The notes under the pieces were generated by a model. It ran no database searches. It was not told the DNA's origin and was given only the letters and a program-made list of their open reading frames with translations. A stretch of DNA of 64,000 nucleotides from Escherichia coli O127:H6 str. E2348/69. Lineage in GTDB: Bacteria; Pseudomonadota; Gammaproteobacteria; Enterobacterales; Enterobacteriaceae. Positions within the stretch are counted from its first letter, which is position 1; the number at the start of each line of letters is the position of its first letter. This document shows positions 32,205-50,078 of this stretch, one piece after another. The DNA lies in assembly GCF_000026545.1 (NCBI RefSeq), contig NC_011601.1; one strand, 5' to 3'. Made by a program: the position numbers and the translations under genes.

Positions 32205-32329
32205 TGCCAGAGGCGCAACTGTGCCGCTATACTTATCCAGGGCGGCACAACGCTGTAAGCGGCTTGCGCCTGAGAATGGCATTTGCGTCGTCGTGTGCGG
32301 CACAAAGAACAAAGAAGAGGTTTTGACCC

Positions 32330-33604
32330 ATGACAGATAAACGCAAAGATGGCTCAGGCAAATTGCTGTATTGCTCTTTTTGCGGCAAAAGCCAGCATGA
32401 AGTGCGCAAGCTGATTGCCGGTCCATCCGTGTATATCTGCGACGAATGTGTTGATTTATGTAACGACATCATTCGCGAAGAGATTAAAGAAGTTGCACCG
32501 CATCGTGAACGCAGTGCGCTACCGACGCCGCATGAAATTCGCAACCACCTGGACGATTACGTTATCGGTCAGGAACAGGCGAAAAAAGTGCTGGCGGTCG
32601 CGGTATACAACCACTACAAACGTCTGCGCAACGGAGATACCAGCAATGGCGTCGAGTTGGGCAAAAGTAACATTCTGCTGATCGGTCCGACCGGTTCCGG
32701 TAAAACGCTGCTGGCCGAAACGCTGGCGCGCCTGCTGGACGTTCCGTTCACCATGGCTGACGCAACCACGCTGACCGAAGCCGGTTATGTGGGCGAAGAC
32801 GTTGAAAACATCATTCAGAAGCTGTTGCAGAAGTGCGATTACGACGTACAGAAAGCGCAGCGCGGGATTGTCTACATCGATGAAATCGACAAGATTTCTC
32901 GTAAGTCAGACAACCCGTCCATTACCCGAGACGTTTCCGGTGAAGGCGTACAGCAGGCACTGTTGAAACTGATCGAAGGTACGGTAGCTGCTGTTCCGCC
33001 GCAAGGTGGGCGTAAACATCCGCAACAGGAATTCTTGCAGGTTGATACCTCTAAGATCCTGTTTATCTGTGGCGGTGCGTTTGCCGGTCTGGATAAAGTG
33101 ATTTCCCATCGTGTAGAAACCGGTTCCGGCATTGGTTTTGGCGCGACGGTAAAAGCGAAGTCCGACAAAGCAAGCGAAGGCGAGCTGCTGGCGCAGGTTG
33201 AACCGGAAGATCTGATCAAGTTTGGTCTGATCCCTGAGTTCATTGGTCGTCTGCCGGTTGTCGCAACGTTGAATGAACTGAGCGAAGAAGCTCTGATTCA
33301 GATCCTCAAAGAGCCGAAAAACGCCCTGACCAAGCAGTATCAGGCGCTGTTTAATCTGGAAGGCGTGGATCTGGAATTCCGTGACGAGGCGCTGGATGCT
33401 ATCGCTAAGAAAGCGATGGCGCGTAAAACCGGTGCCCGTGGCCTGCGTTCTATCGTAGAAGCCGCACTGCTCGATACCATGTACGATCTGCCGTCCATGG
33501 AAGATGTCGAAAAAGTGGTTATCGACGAGTCGGTAATTGATGGTCAAAGCAAACCGTTGCTGATTTATGGTAAGCCGGAAGCGCAACAGGCATCTGGTGA
33601 ATAA
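32330..33604 (+). CDS. clpX: ATP-dependent Clp protease ATP-binding subunit ClpX
   Basis: 424-aa ORF with N-terminal zinc-binding CxxC pairs and Walker A GPTGSGKT. Confidence 0.96.
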
Positions 33605-33679
33605 TTAACCATTTCCATACAATTAGTTAACCAAAAAAGGGGGGATTTTATCTCCCCTTTAATTTTTCCTCTATTCTCG

Positions 33680-33712
33680 GCGTTGAATGTGGGGGAAACA
33701 TCCCCATATACT
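33680..33712 (+). promoter_or_regulatory. sigma-32 heat-shock promoter of lon
   Basis: -35-like gttgaa and -10 ccccatat with ~13-nt spacing, matching the sigma-32 consensus CTTGAAA/CCCCATnT, ~80 nt upstream of the lon ATG. Confidence 0.6.
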
Positions 33713-33792
33713 GACGTACATGTTAATAGATGGCGTGAAGCACAGTCGTGTCATCTGATTACCTGGCGGAAATTAAACTAAGAGAGAGCTCT

Positions 33793-36147
33793 ATGAATCC
33801 TGAGCGTTCTGAACGCATTGAAATCCCCGTATTGCCGCTGCGCGATGTGGTGGTTTATCCGCACATGGTCATCCCCTTATTTGTCGGGCGGGAAAAATCC
33901 ATCCGTTGTCTGGAAGCGGCGATGGACCATGATAAAAAAATTATGCTGGTCGCGCAGAAAGAAGCTTCAACGGATGAGCCAGGTGTAAACGATCTTTTCA
34001 CCGTCGGGACCGTGGCCTCTATATTGCAGATGCTGAAACTGCCTGACGGCACCGTCAAAGTGCTGGTCGAGGGGTTACAGCGCGCGCGTATTTCTGCGCT
34101 CTCTGACAATGGCGAACACTTTTCTGCGAAGGCGGAGTATCTGGAGTCGCCGACCATTGATGAGCGGGAACAGGAAGTGCTGGTGCGTACTGCAATCAGC
34201 CAGTTCGAAGGCTACATCAAGCTGAACAAAAAAATCCCACCAGAAGTGCTGACGTCGCTGAATAGCATCGACGACCCGGCGCGTCTGGCGGATACCATTG
34301 CTGCACATATGCCGCTGAAACTGGCTGACAAACAGTCCGTTCTGGAGATGTCCGACGTTAACGAACGTCTGGAATATCTGATGGCAATGATGGAATCGGA
34401 AATCGATCTGCTGCAGGTTGAGAAACGCATTCGCAACCGCGTTAAAAAGCAGATGGAGAAATCCCAGCGTGAGTACTATCTGAACGAGCAAATGAAAGCT
34501 ATTCAGAAAGAACTCGGTGAAATGGACGACGCGCCGGACGAAAACGAAGCCCTGAAGCGCAAAATCGACGCGGCGAAGATGCCGAAAGAGGCAAAAGAGA
34601 AAGCGGAAGCAGAGCTGCAGAAGCTGAAAATGATGTCTCCGATGTCGGCAGAAGCGACCGTAGTGCGTGGATATATCGACTGGATGGTACAGGTGCCGTG
34701 GAATGCGCGTAGCAAGGTCAAAAAAGACCTGCGTCAGGCGCAGGAAATCCTTGATACCGACCATTATGGTCTGGAGCGCGTGAAAGATCGTATCCTTGAG
34801 TATCTTGCGGTTCAAAGCCGTGTCAACAAAATCAAGGGACCGATCCTCTGCCTGGTAGGGCCGCCGGGGGTAGGTAAAACCTCCCTGGGTCAGTCCATCG
34901 CCAAAGCCACCGGGCGTAAATATGTCCGTATGGCGCTGGGCGGCGTGCGTGATGAAGCGGAAATCCGTGGTCACCGCCGTACTTACATCGGTTCTATGCC
35001 GGGTAAACTGATCCAGAAAATGGCGAAAGTGGGCGTGAAAAACCCGCTGTTCCTGCTCGATGAGATCGACAAAATGTCTTCTGACATGCGTGGCGATCCG
35101 GCCTCCGCACTGCTTGAAGTGCTGGATCCAGAGCAGAACGTAGCGTTCAGCGACCACTACCTGGAAGTGGATTACGATCTCAGCGACGTAATGTTTGTCG
35201 CGACGTCGAACTCCATGAACATTCCGGCACCGCTGCTGGATCGTATGGAAGTGATTCGCCTCTCCGGTTATACCGAAGATGAAAAACTGAACATCGCCAA
35301 ACGTCACCTGCTGCCGAAGCAGATTGAACGTAATGCACTGAAAAAAGGTGAGCTGACCGTCGACGATAGCGCCATTATCGGCATTATTCGTTACTACACC
35401 CGTGAAGCGGGCGTGCGTGGTCTGGAGCGTGAAATCTCCAAACTGTGTCGCAAAGCGGTTAAGCAGTTACTGCTCGATAAGTCATTAAAACATATCGAAA
35501 TTAACGGCGATAACCTGCATGACTACCTCGGTGTTCAGCGTTTCGACTATGGGCGCGCGGATAACGAAAACCGTGTCGGCCAGGTAACCGGTCTGGCGTG
35601 GACGGAAGTGGGTGGTGACTTGCTGACCATTGAAACCGCGTGCGTTCCGGGGAAAGGTAAACTGACCTATACCGGTTCGCTCGGCGAAGTGATGCAGGAG
35701 TCTATTCAGGCGGCGTTAACGGTGGTTCGTGCGCGTGCGGAAAAACTGGGGATCAACCCTGATTTTTACGAAAAACGTGATATCCACGTCCACGTACCGG
35801 AAGGTGCGACGCCGAAAGATGGTCCGAGTGCCGGTATTGCCATGTGCACCGCGCTGGTTTCTTGCCTGACCGGTAACCCGGTTCGTGCCGATGTGGCAAT
35901 GACCGGTGAGATCACTCTGCGTGGTCAGGTACTGCCGATCGGTGGTTTGAAAGAAAAACTACTGGCAGCGCATCGCGGCGGGATTAAAACAGTGTTAATT
36001 CCGTTCGAAAATAAACGCGATCTGGAAGAGATTCCTGACAACGTAATTGCCGATCTGGACATTCATCCTGTGAAGCGCATTGAGGAAGTTCTGACTCTGG
36101 CGCTACAAAATGAACCGTCTGGCATGCAGGTTGTGACTGCAAAATAG
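33793..36147 (+). CDS. lon: ATP-dependent protease Lon
   Basis: ORF 33748..36147; start at ATG 33793 ([26 protein letters not shown]...) for 784 aa. Confidence 0.95.
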   Translation: MNPERSERIEIPVLPLRDVVVYPHMVIPLFVGREKSIRCLEAAMDHDKKIMLVAQKEASTDEPGVNDLFTVGTVASILQMLKLPDGTVKVLVEGLQRARISALSDNGEHFSAKAEYLESPTIDEREQEVLVRTAISQFEGYIKLNKKIPPEVLTSLNSIDDPARLADTIAAHMPLKLADKQSVLEMSDVNERLEYLMAMMESEIDLLQVEKRIRNRVKKQMEKSQREYYLNEQMKAIQKELGEMDDAPDENEALKRKIDAAKMPKEAKEKAEAELQKLKMMSPMSAEATVVRGYIDWMVQVPWNARSKVKKDLRQAQEILDTDHYGLERVKDRILEYLAVQSRVNKIKGPILCLVGPPGVGKTSLGQSIAKATGRKYVRMALGGVRDEAEIRGHRRTYIGSMPGKLIQKMAKVGVKNPLFLLDEIDKMSSDMRGDPASALLEVLDPEQNVAFSDHYLEVDYDLSDVMFVATSNSMNIPAPLLDRMEVIRLSGYTEDEKLNIAKRHLLPKQIERNALKKGELTVDDSAIIGIIRYYTREAGVRGLEREISKLCRKAVKQLLLDKSLKHIEINGDNLHDYLGVQRFDYGRADNENRVGQVTGLAWTEVGGDLLTIETACVPGKGKLTYTGSLGEVMQESIQAALTVVRARAEKLGINPDFYEKRDIHVHVPEGATPKDGPSAGIAMCTALVSCLTGNPVRADVAMTGEITLRGQVLPIGGLKEKLLAAHRGGIKTVLIPFENKRDLEEIPDNVIADLDIHPVKRIEEVLTLALQNEPSGMQVVTAK

Positions 36148-36178
36148 TGACCTCCCGCAAAATGCACTAATAAAAACA

Positions 36179-36217
36179 GGGCTGGCAGGCTAATTCGGGC
36201 TTGCCAGCCTTTTTTTG
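36179..36217 (+). terminator. intrinsic terminator after lon
   Basis: ggctggcagg...cttgccagcc hairpin followed by T7. Confidence 0.75.
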
Positions 36218-36355
36218 TCTCGCTAAGTTAGATGGCGGATCGGGCTTGCCCTTATTAAGGGGTGTTGTAAGGGGATGGCTGGCCTGATATAACTGCTGCG
36301 CGTTCGTACCTTGAAGGATTCAAGTGCGATATAAATTATAAAGAGGAAGAGAAGA

Positions 36356-36628
36356 GTGAATAAATCTCAATTGATCGACAAGATTGCTGCAGGGGCTGAT
36401 ATCTCTAAAGCTGCGGCTGGCCGTGCGTTAGATGCTATTATTGCTTCCGTAACTGAATCTCTGAAAGAAGGGGATGATGTAGCACTGGTAGGTTTTGGTA
36501 CTTTTGCCGTCAAAGAGCGTGCTGCCCGTACTGGCCGCAACCCGCAGACCGGTAAAGAGATCACCATCGCTGCTGCTAAAGTACCGAGCTTCCGTGCAGG
36601 TAAAGCACTGAAAGACGCGGTAAACTAA
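36356..36628 (+). CDS. hupB: DNA-binding protein HU-beta
   Basis: 90-aa ORF with GTG start, recognised as HU-beta. Confidence 0.96.
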
Positions 36629-36663
36629 GCGTTGTCCCCAGTGGGGATGTGACGAAGTTCAAG

Positions 36664-36690
36664 GGCGCATCTACTGATGTGCCTTTTTTA
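36664..36690 (+). terminator. intrinsic terminator after hupB
   Basis: ggcgcatc...gatgtgcc hairpin followed by T6. Confidence 0.7.
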
Positions 36691-36819
36691 TTTGTATTCG
36701 GTGACTTTCTGCGTCTTGTGGGCTGACAATTGCCCCCGTTTCTTGTCACAATAGGCCTTTGCGCGCATCGATACGTTGCGTGAGGTACACAGTCATCTAC
36801 AGCGGAGTGTTGTTACACC

Positions 36820-39265
<2,446 letters not shown>

Positions 39266-39318
39266 TGACCTCTGTACTTATAACAGTTCTTATAACAACA
39301 ACGTAAGGTTATTGCGCT

Positions 39319-39717
39319 ATGCAAACACAAATCAAAGTTCGTGGATATCATCTCGACGTTTACCAGCACGTAAACAACGCCCGCTACCTTGAATTTCTCG
39401 AAGAAGCCCGCTGGCATGGGTTGGAAAATAGCGACAGTTTTCACTGGATGACGGCCCATAACATCGCCTTCGTCGTGGTCAATATCAATATTAACTATCG
39501 CCGCCCGGCGGTATTAAGCGACCTGTTAACCATTACCAGTCAGTTGCAGCAATTAAACGGTAAAAGTGGCATCTTAAGCCAGATCATTACACTGGAGCCG
39601 GAAGGACAGGTGGTAGCGGATGCGCTTATTACGTTTGTTTGTATTGATCTTAAAACGCAGAAAGCATTAGCTCTGGAAGGGGAATTGCGCGAAAAGCTGG
39701 AGCAGATGGTTAAGTAA
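39319..39717 (+). CDS. fadM: long-chain acyl-CoA thioesterase FadM
   Basis: 132-aa hotdog-fold ORF, recognised as FadM/YbaW. Confidence 0.9.
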   Translation: MQTQIKVRGYHLDVYQHVNNARYLEFLEEARWHGLENSDSFHWMTAHNIAFVVVNININYRRPAVLSDLLTITSQLQQLNGKSGILSQIITLEPEGQVVADALITFVCIDLKTQKALALEGELREKLEQMVK

Positions 39718-39768
39718 ACGTTTTGTGGTGCCGGATGCTCAAGCCGCATCCGGCGACACCCGGAATAA

Positions 39769-40464
39769 TTACTTCAACCCGGTTTTCTGCTTTATCGCTG
39801 CCATCACCGTCGGTTTATCGGCCAGATAATGATTCAAACCGTTGGCACGTAAATTACACGCCGCACAATGACCGCAACCGTCGCCTTTAATGCCGTTATA
39901 ACAGGTCAGCGTTTCGTTACGGACTAAATCCAGCTTGCCGTAATAATCTGCCAGCGCCCAGGTTTCCGCTTTATCAATCCACATCAGCGGCGTTTCAAAA
40001 CGAATATCTTTCGCCATGCCCAAACTGACGGCATGGTTTAGTGCTTTCACAAACTCATCGCGGCAATCCGGGTAGCCGGAGAAATCCGTTTCGCAGACGC
40101 CGGTAATTACGGCTTCTGCTTTTACCTGATACGCATATATTGCCGCCAGCGTCAGGAACAAAATATTACGCCCTGGGACAAACGTATTCGGGATACCATC
40201 GGCTTCAGGTTCATAATCAGGCACCGGAATGCTGTCACGCGTCAGGCTGCTGACCGCCAGCTCGTTGAGCAGCGTTACATCAAGCACCTTATGCGCGCGT
40301 GCCCCCAGTTTCAGCGCTAGTTCGCGTGCCACGTCGATTTCTGCGCGATGGCGTTGACCGTAATCGAACGTCACGCAATGGACTTCATCATATTGTTGTA
40401 ATGCCTGCACCAGACAGGTGGTGGAATCCTGGCCTCCACTGAACACAACGACAGCACGTTTCAT
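39769..40464 (-). CDS. queC: 7-cyano-7-deazaguanine synthase
   Basis: 231-aa ORF with PP-loop SGGQDS and C-terminal Cys cluster. Confidence 0.93.
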   Translation of the reverse strand: MKRAVVVFSGGQDSTTCLVQALQQYDEVHCVTFDYGQRHRAEIDVARELALKLGARAHKVLDVTLLNELAVSSLTRDSIPVPDYEPEADGIPNTFVPGRNILFLTLAAIYAYQVKAEAVITGVCETDFSGYPDCRDEFVKALNHAVSLGMAKDIRFETPLMWIDKAETWALADYYGKLDLVRNETLTCYNGIKGDGCGHCAACNLRANGLNHYLADKPTVMAAIKQKTGLK

Positions 40465-40528
40465 AGATAATCCTGCTTGAACAATAAAAGCGTTATGGTA
40501 ACGCCTGCGATTAACCCGGACCAGCTAT

Positions 40529-42229
40529 TCATTGCGACGGCGCGGGAAGCCAGGCTTCGGTAAATTCAAACCAGCCGCGCGGTGTCAGTCGCACACCGTT
40601 CACGCCGGGAGGGGCGCTAATGCGATAGTGATAGTTGAACAGCGGTGTCAGCGTCGCATCTGCCATTAACTGGCTAAAAACCGCTTTCAGGGCATTAAAT
40701 CGGTTTTCCTCATCAGGCATAACTTGCACCGCGTCCAGTGTCGATTGCAAATGTGCATATGCTGGAGCGTCGAAAACATGTGGCCACAGTGGATCGCAAC
40801 GCAGCCATTGCTCCAGGGTATATTCCGGTGCTTCGCCAATTAATCTGTCGCCCATCATGAGGTCTGCGTGTGCCAGTAGGGTCGTGTCGTCCCAGTTTTT
40901 TGCGTTATGAAAAATAATTGTGAGTTCACAGCCTTCCGCTGCCAGTGTCGCCTGTAGGCGTTCTGCCATGGTATGAAGTTCTATCGGTAGGTGATAAACC
41001 AGCGTCAAGGTTTTCGGTAGTTTGACCTCATCCGGTACTTGCCATTGCGGAATAGTCCAGCCTGGCAGTAATGCATGACTGGCGGTGATCAGGTTTTCTC
41101 CGACTTCTAACGTTTGTAATAAACCGGATTGATGAATAATGGAGATCACTTTTCGCGCCTGCCAGAGGGACAGTCGGGGACTTTTGCGCAACGTTAAATA
41201 GCAAAAACCTAAACTGATGCCACTACTGACCTGGCTGACCCGTTGCAGCTCCTCCGGTTTGCCGATGGTGATTTGCACGGGATGCCGACAACTGGTTCCC
41301 AAATCTTTTTCGAAAAGCGGCGGAGTTATCCAGTACTCAACCGCTTTAAGCAGCGGATGACGTAAATGGTAATAATCATGGCTTTCCAGGCGCACCAGCT
41401 CCGCTGTGAATTGTGTTAAGCGAAAAGGACCCGTGCCGATCAGTGGGAATTGCGGATGCGCCAGATGGCTGCAATAGCTCGCCAGCCGGTGAGCAAGCCA
41501 GTAATCAGGGCGATGTAAAAAGAAGGTCAGACACTGCGGATGGGTGACTTCAATACGCTTCACGCTAATGAATAATTGATCCAGTGCTGGCAGTTGTAAC
41601 AGCATCAATAACCGCTGGTGTAAGTGGGAGGCTTTTACTGCATCGCCGTTATGCCAGTGTAGGGTTGAACGAAGATAAAAGTCCCAGCGTAACCCGTCAG
41701 TAGAGGTTTCCCAGTGATGCGCTAAATCGCCAATCGGGCGCTGGGTATTATTATCGAAGCGGGTCAGGCCGGAAAATATCTGTCCGGCGAGATGCTGCTC
41801 GGCACGGCCGGGCAAAAAGCCCGGTTGTAGCGGTTCGAGCGGGCGATAGTAGGGAATACGCAACGTGGGCGTATCGTTTTGCCATTGTCCGCCCATAAAC
41901 GGCTGTAACAGAGTGCGCAGCTCACCTGGGGCCAGTTGCGCCAGCTCCAGCACATCTTGCTGCTTTCCGGTTTCCAGTGCCTGTTCCATCATCGCATTGC
42001 GTAGCGATTCCGGCGTGACCAGAAAGCGCAGTTGTCCGCGCTTTCCGCGTCCTGACTGTGCCTGCCACTCCAGCCATCCCGCCTCCTGTGCCTGACGCAA
42101 CACCGTACGAACATGGCGTTCGCTGCAAAAACAGCGTTCGGCCAGTTCGCTGACGGTGACGGTTTGCGGCTTCCCGGCGGAAGGTTGCCACAGACGTTGA
42201 TACTGGTTAAGACGGTTGAGCAGTCGCAT
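40529..42229 (-). CDS. ybaE: SgrR/solute-binding-protein-family protein YbaE
   Basis: ORF 40529..42244; start placed at MRLLNRLNQYQRLW... for ~566 aa. Confidence 0.85.
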   Translation of the reverse strand: MRLLNRLNQYQRLWQPSAGKPQTVTVSELAERCFCSERHVRTVLRQAQEAGWLEWQAQSGRGKRGQLRFLVTPESLRNAMMEQALETGKQQDVLELAQLAPGELRTLLQPFMGGQWQNDTPTLRIPYYRPLEPLQPGFLPGRAEQHLAGQIFSGLTRFDNNTQRPIGDLAHHWETSTDGLRWDFYLRSTLHWHNGDAVKASHLHQRLLMLLQLPALDQLFISVKRIEVTHPQCLTFFLHRPDYWLAHRLASYCSHLAHPQFPLIGTGPFRLTQFTAELVRLESHDYYHLRHPLLKAVEYWITPPLFEKDLGTSCRHPVQITIGKPEELQRVSQVSSGISLGFCYLTLRKSPRLSLWQARKVISIIHQSGLLQTLEVGENLITASHALLPGWTIPQWQVPDEVKLPKTLTLVYHLPIELHTMAERLQATLAAEGCELTIIFHNAKNWDDTTLLAHADLMMGDRLIGEAPEYTLEQWLRCDPLWPHVFDAPAYAHLQSTLDAVQVMPDEENRFNALKAVFSQLMADATLTPLFNYHYRISAPPGVNGVRLTPRGWFEFTEAWLPAPSQ

Positions 42230-42328
42230 ATAAACCCGGAACAATATTATTTAACTATTCACTATTACTTCCGTATATATCAGGTGATACTCAATCACCA
42301 TTAACTGTGTCACAGAGTGGAGAAAGAA

Positions 42329-43147
42329 ATGGCTCGTCTGGCAGCATTTGATATGGATGGCACTTTATTGATGCCTGACCATCATTTAGGTGAGAAAACC
42401 CTCTCTACTTTGGCGCGGCTGCGTGAACGCGACATTACCCTCACTTTTGCCACGGGGCGTCATGCGCTGGAGATGCAGCATATTCTCGGGGCGCTATCGC
42501 TGGATGCATATTTGATTACTGGCAACGGAACGCGCGTGCATTCTCTGGAAGGTGAACTTTTACATCGTGATGATTTACCTGCGGATGTCGCGGAGCTGGT
42601 GCTGTATCAGCAATGGGATACCCGAGCAAGCATGCATATCTTCAATGACGATGGTTGGTTTACCGGGAAAGAGATCCCTGCGTTGTTGCAGGCATTTGTC
42701 TATAGCGGTTTTCGTTATCAGATAATCGATGTCAAAAAAATGCCACTCGGCAGCGTCACCAAGATCTGCTTCTGTGGCGATCACGACGATCTTACACGCT
42801 TGCAGATCCAGCTATACGAAGCATTAGGCGAGCGTGCACATTTATGTTTTTCCGCCACGGATTGCCTCGAAGTGCTGCCGGTGGGCTGCAATAAAGGCGC
42901 TGCATTGACGGTGCTGACCCAACATTTAGGTTTATCGTTACGCGATTGCATGGCCTTTGGTGATGCGATGAACGATCGCGAAATGTTAGGCAGCGTCGGT
43001 AGCGGATTTATTATGGGCAATGCGATGCCGCAACTGCGCGCGGAGCTCCCGCATTTACCGGTGATTGGACATTGCCGAAATCAGGCTGTCTCTCACTATT
43101 TGACGCACTGGCTGGACTATCCACATCTACCTTATTCCCCCGAATAA
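42329..43147 (+). CDS. cof: HAD-family HMP-PP phosphatase Cof
   Basis: ORF 42317..43147; start at ATG 42329 ([17 protein letters not shown] motif I) 6 nt after GGAG. Confidence 0.9.
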
Positions 43148-43162
43148 CGAGATCCCTTCCAG

Positions 43163-43188
43163 CACCGGGCAATTGCCCGGTTTTTTTT
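43163..43188 (+). terminator. intrinsic terminator after cof
   Basis: perfect palindrome ccgggcaattgcccgg followed by T8. Confidence 0.8.
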
Positions 43189-43299
43189 GCGTTGAATTTG
43201 TCATTTTGTGCCGTGATGCTTAAACCGCACAGAATAAATTGTCGCGATTTCACCTTTAAAATAGAATTAAAAGAGAAAAAAATTCTCTGTGGAAGGGCT

Positions 43300-43758
43300 A
43301 TGTTAGATAAAATTGACCGTAAGCTGCTGGCCTTGCTACAGCAGGATTGCACCCTCTCTTTGCAGGCACTGGCTGAAGCCGTTAATCTGACAACCACCCC
43401 CTGCTGGAAGCGTCTGAAACGGCTGGAGGACGACGGTATCCTTATCGGCAAAGTCGCCCTGCTGGATCCGGAAAAAATAGGCCTCGGCCTGACCGCCTTT
43501 GTGCTGATAAAAACGCAACATCACAGCAGCGAATGGTATTGCCGCTTTGTCACGGTGGTTACCGAAATGCCAGAAGTGCTGGGGTTCTGGCGCATGGCCG
43601 GTGAATACGATTATCTGATGCGCGTCCAGGTTGCCGACATGAAACGCTACGACGAGTTTTATAAGCGTCTGGTAAACAGTGTACCGGGGCTGTCGGACGT
43701 CACTTCCAGCTTCGCGATGGAACAGATTAAATACACCACTTCTTTACCCATCGAATAA
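43300..43758 (+). CDS. decR: Lrp/AsnC-family transcriptional regulator DecR
   Basis: ORF 43072..43758; start at ATG 43300 ([16 protein letters not shown]...) for ~152 aa. Confidence 0.88.
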
Positions 43759-43787
43759 ATATCCAGAATCAAGTCAGGACACAACGC

Positions 43788-47334
<3,547 letters not shown>

Positions 47335-47446
47335 ATAGCGCAATATTTCATCGTTGGTGCAAAAATGTAACGCACTGTGCACTGTCATAGTGCGTTTTCA
47401 TTTTCAATCTTCTTAACTTCCTGCTCTCTTTCTCGTTTTTCATTTC

Positions 47447-47462
47447 TGGCACACCGCTTGCA
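47447..47462 (+). promoter_or_regulatory. sigma-54 (RpoN) promoter of glnK-amtB
   Basis: exact -24/-12 consensus TGGCAC-N5-TTGCA (tggcacaccgcttgca) ~50 nt upstream of the glnK ATG. Confidence 0.8.
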
Positions 47463-47514
47463 ATACCTTCTTCGTGTAGCAGAACCATTACCGAATTCTG
47501 ACCGGAGGGGATCT

Positions 47515-47853
47515 ATGAAGCTGGTGACCGTGATAATCAAACCATTCAAGCTGGAAGACGTTCGTGAAGCGTTATCTTCCATTGGTATTCAGGGCCTGAC
47601 CGTCACCGAAGTGAAAGGTTTCGGGCGTCAGAAAGGGCATGCCGAGCTGTACCGGGGGGCGGAATACAGCGTCAACTTCCTGCCAAAAGTAAAAATTGAT
47701 GTGGCGATTGCTGATGACCAACTCGATGAAGTGATCGATATCGTCAGCAAAGCGGCTTACACCGGAAAAATTGGCGACGGCAAAATCTTCGTCGCTGAAT
47801 TGCAACGCGTCATTCGTATTCGTACCGGCGAAGCCGATGAAGCGGCGCTGTAA
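47515..47853 (+). CDS. glnK: nitrogen regulatory protein PII-2
   Basis: ORF 47377..47853; start at ATG 47515 (MKLVTVIIKPFKLEDV...) for 112 aa. Confidence 0.95.
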   Translation: MKLVTVIIKPFKLEDVREALSSIGIQGLTVTEVKGFGRQKGHAELYRGAEYSVNFLPKVKIDVAIADDQLDEVIDIVSKAAYTGKIGDGKIFVAELQRVIRIRTGEADEAAL

Positions 47854-47882
47854 TCTCTGGCACACAGCAACAGGAACGAAAA

Positions 47883-49169
47883 ATGAAGATAGCAACGATA
47901 AAAACTGGGCTTACTTCACTGGCGATGCTGCCGGGACTGGTAATGGCTGCACCTGCGGTGGCCGATAAAGCCGACAATGCGTTTATGATGATTTGTACTG
48001 CGCTGGTGCTGTTTATGACTATTCCGGGGATTGCCCTGTTTTACGGTGGGTTGATTCGCGGCAAAAACGTGCTGTCGATGCTGACGCAGGTGACGGTGAC
48101 GTTTGCACTGGTCTGTATTCTCTGGGTGGTTTACGGTTACTCGCTGGCGTTTGGTGAGGGAAACAACTTCTTCGGCAACATTAACTGGTTGATGCTGAAA
48201 AACATCGAACTGACGGCGGTGATGGGCAGCATTTATCAGTATATCCACGTAGCGTTTCAGGGATCGTTTGCCTGCATTACCGTAGGCTTGATAGTTGGAG
48301 CACTGGCGGAACGAATCCGCTTCTCAGCTGTGTTGATTTTCGTGGTGGTATGGCTGACGCTCTCCTACATTCCGATTGCGCATATGGTCTGGGGCGGCGG
48401 TTTGCTGGCTTCTCACGGTGCACTGGATTTCGCGGGTGGCACGGTGGTGCACATTAACGCCGCAATCGCCGGTCTGGTGGGCGCGTATCTGATAGGCAAA
48501 CGCGTGGGCTTCGGCAAAGAGGCGTTTAAACCGCACAACCTGCCGATGGTCTTCACCGGGACTGCCATTCTCTATATCGGTTGGTTTGGCTTTAACGCCG
48601 GGTCAGCGGGCACGGCGAATGAAATCGCAGCACTGGCATTTGTGAATACTGTGGTCGCAACGGCGGCAGCAATTCTTGGCTGGATCTTCGGTGAATGGAC
48701 GCTGCGCGGTAAGCCTTCACTGCTGGGAGCGTGTTCTGGCGCGATTGCCGGTCTGGTCGGCGTGACGCCAGCGTGTGGCTACATTGGTGTTGGCGGCGCG
48801 TTGATTATCGGCGTGGTAGCTGGTCTGGCGGGCTTGTGGGGCGTTACCATGCTCAAACGCTTGCTGCGGGTGGATGATCCCTGCGATGTCTTCGGTGTGC
48901 ACGGTGTTTGTGGCATTGTCGGCTGTATCATGACCGGGATTTTTGCCGCCAGTTCGCTGGGCGGCGTGGGCTTCGCTGAAGGTGTGACGATGGGCCATCA
49001 GTTGCTGGTACAGCTGGAAAGCATCGCCATTACGATCGTCTGGTCCGGTGTGGTGGCGTTTATTGGCTACAAACTGGCGGATCTGACGGTTGGTCTGCGT
49101 GTACCGGAAGAACAGGAGCGAGAAGGGTTGGACGTCAACAGCCACGGCGAAAATGCCTATAACGCGTAA
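47883..49169 (+). CDS. amtB: ammonium transporter AmtB
   Basis: 428-aa ORF with signal peptide, recognised as AmtB. Confidence 0.95.
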   Translation: MKIATIKTGLTSLAMLPGLVMAAPAVADKADNAFMMICTALVLFMTIPGIALFYGGLIRGKNVLSMLTQVTVTFALVCILWVVYGYSLAFGEGNNFFGNINWLMLKNIELTAVMGSIYQYIHVAFQGSFACITVGLIVGALAERIRFSAVLIFVVVWLTLSYIPIAHMVWGGGLLASHGALDFAGGTVVHINAAIAGLVGAYLIGKRVGFGKEAFKPHNLPMVFTGTAILYIGWFGFNAGSAGTANEIAALAFVNTVVATAAAILGWIFGEWTLRGKPSLLGACSGAIAGLVGVTPACGYIGVGGALIIGVVAGLAGLWGVTMLKRLLRVDDPCDVFGVHGVCGIVGCIMTGIFAASSLGGVGFAEGVTMGHQLLVQLESIAITIVWSGVVAFIGYKLADLTVGLRVPEEQEREGLDVNSHGENAYNA

Positions 49170-49185
49170 TAAGCACTGCAAAAAA

Positions 49186-49219
49186 CAGCCGGACGGTTTT
49201 CACCTCCGGCTATTTTTTT
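49186..49219. terminator. bidirectional terminator between convergent amtB and tesB
   Basis: agccgga...tccggct hairpin flanked by A6 upstream and T7 downstream. Confidence 0.75.
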
Positions 49220-50078
49220 AATTGTGATTACGCATTACCCCTTCCTGAACGGTCGAGGCAACCAGCACGCCGTCCTGAGTATAAAACTCACCGCGCACAA
49301 AGCCGCGTGCGCTGGACGCCGAGGTGCTTTCCACGCTATACAGCAGCCATTCATTCAAATTAAACGGGCGATGGAACCACATGGAATGGTCAATGGTGGC
49401 AATCTGAATCCCCGGTTCGAGAAAACCGATGCCGTGCGGCTGTAGAGCTACCGGCAGGAAATTAAGATCAGAAGCATAACCGAGCAGATACTGATGAACG
49501 CGCAGATCATCCGGCACGCTACCATTTGCGCGGATCCACACCTGACGATGCGGTTCTGCGACGTGACCTTTCAGTGGGTTATGAAACTCCACCGGACGGA
49601 CTTCCAGCGGACGATCGCAGATGAATTTATCTTTCAGCACTGGCGGCAGCAGGTGCGCCAGCGATTGGGCGATTTGCGTTTCTGAAGGCAGGCCGTCAGG
49701 CGCTGGCGCGGACGGCATTGTTTTTTGATGTTCGAAACCCGCTTCTGGTGCCTGGAAAGAGGCAGTCATATAAAAAATCGGTTTGCCGTTTTGAATAGCA
49801 GAAACCCGGCGGGCGCTGAAGCTGTTACCGTCACGCAGCGTTTCGACATCATAAATAATCGGCTTCTTACTATCGCCAGGGCGAAGAAAGTAGCTGTGAA
49901 AAGAATGTACCAGCCGCTCGTCAGGGACGGTCTCTTTTGCAGCATACAAGGCCTGACCCACGACCTGGCCGCCAAATACCTGGCGTAAACCTAAATCTTC
50001 ACTCTGGCCGCGAAAGAGTCCTTCCTCAATTTTTTCCAGATTTAACAATGTCAGTAAATTTTTTAGCGCCTGACTCAT
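49218..50078 (-). CDS. tesB: acyl-CoA thioesterase II
   Basis: ORF 49218..50162; start at ATG 50078 ([17 protein letters not shown]...) for 286 aa. Confidence 0.93.
   Translation of the reverse strand: MSQALKNLLTLLNLEKIEEGLFRGQSEDLGLRQVFGGQVVGQALYAAKETVPDERLVHSFHSYFLRPGDSKKPIIYDVETLRDGNSFSARRVSAIQNGKPIFYMTASFQAPEAGFEHQKTMPSAPAPDGLPSETQIAQSLAHLLPPVLKDKFICDRPLEVRPVEFHNPLKGHVAEPHRQVWIRANGSVPDDLRVHQYLLGYASDLNFLPVALQPHGIGFLEPGIQIATIDHSMWFHRPFNLNEWLLYSVESTSASSARGFVRGEFYTQDGVLVASTVQEGVMRNHN

Noticed and set aside
34075-35307. 410-aa minus-strand ORF inside lon
   Set aside because: Antisense to lon with H/R/F-rich odd composition; a shadow ORF of a long GC-balanced gene.
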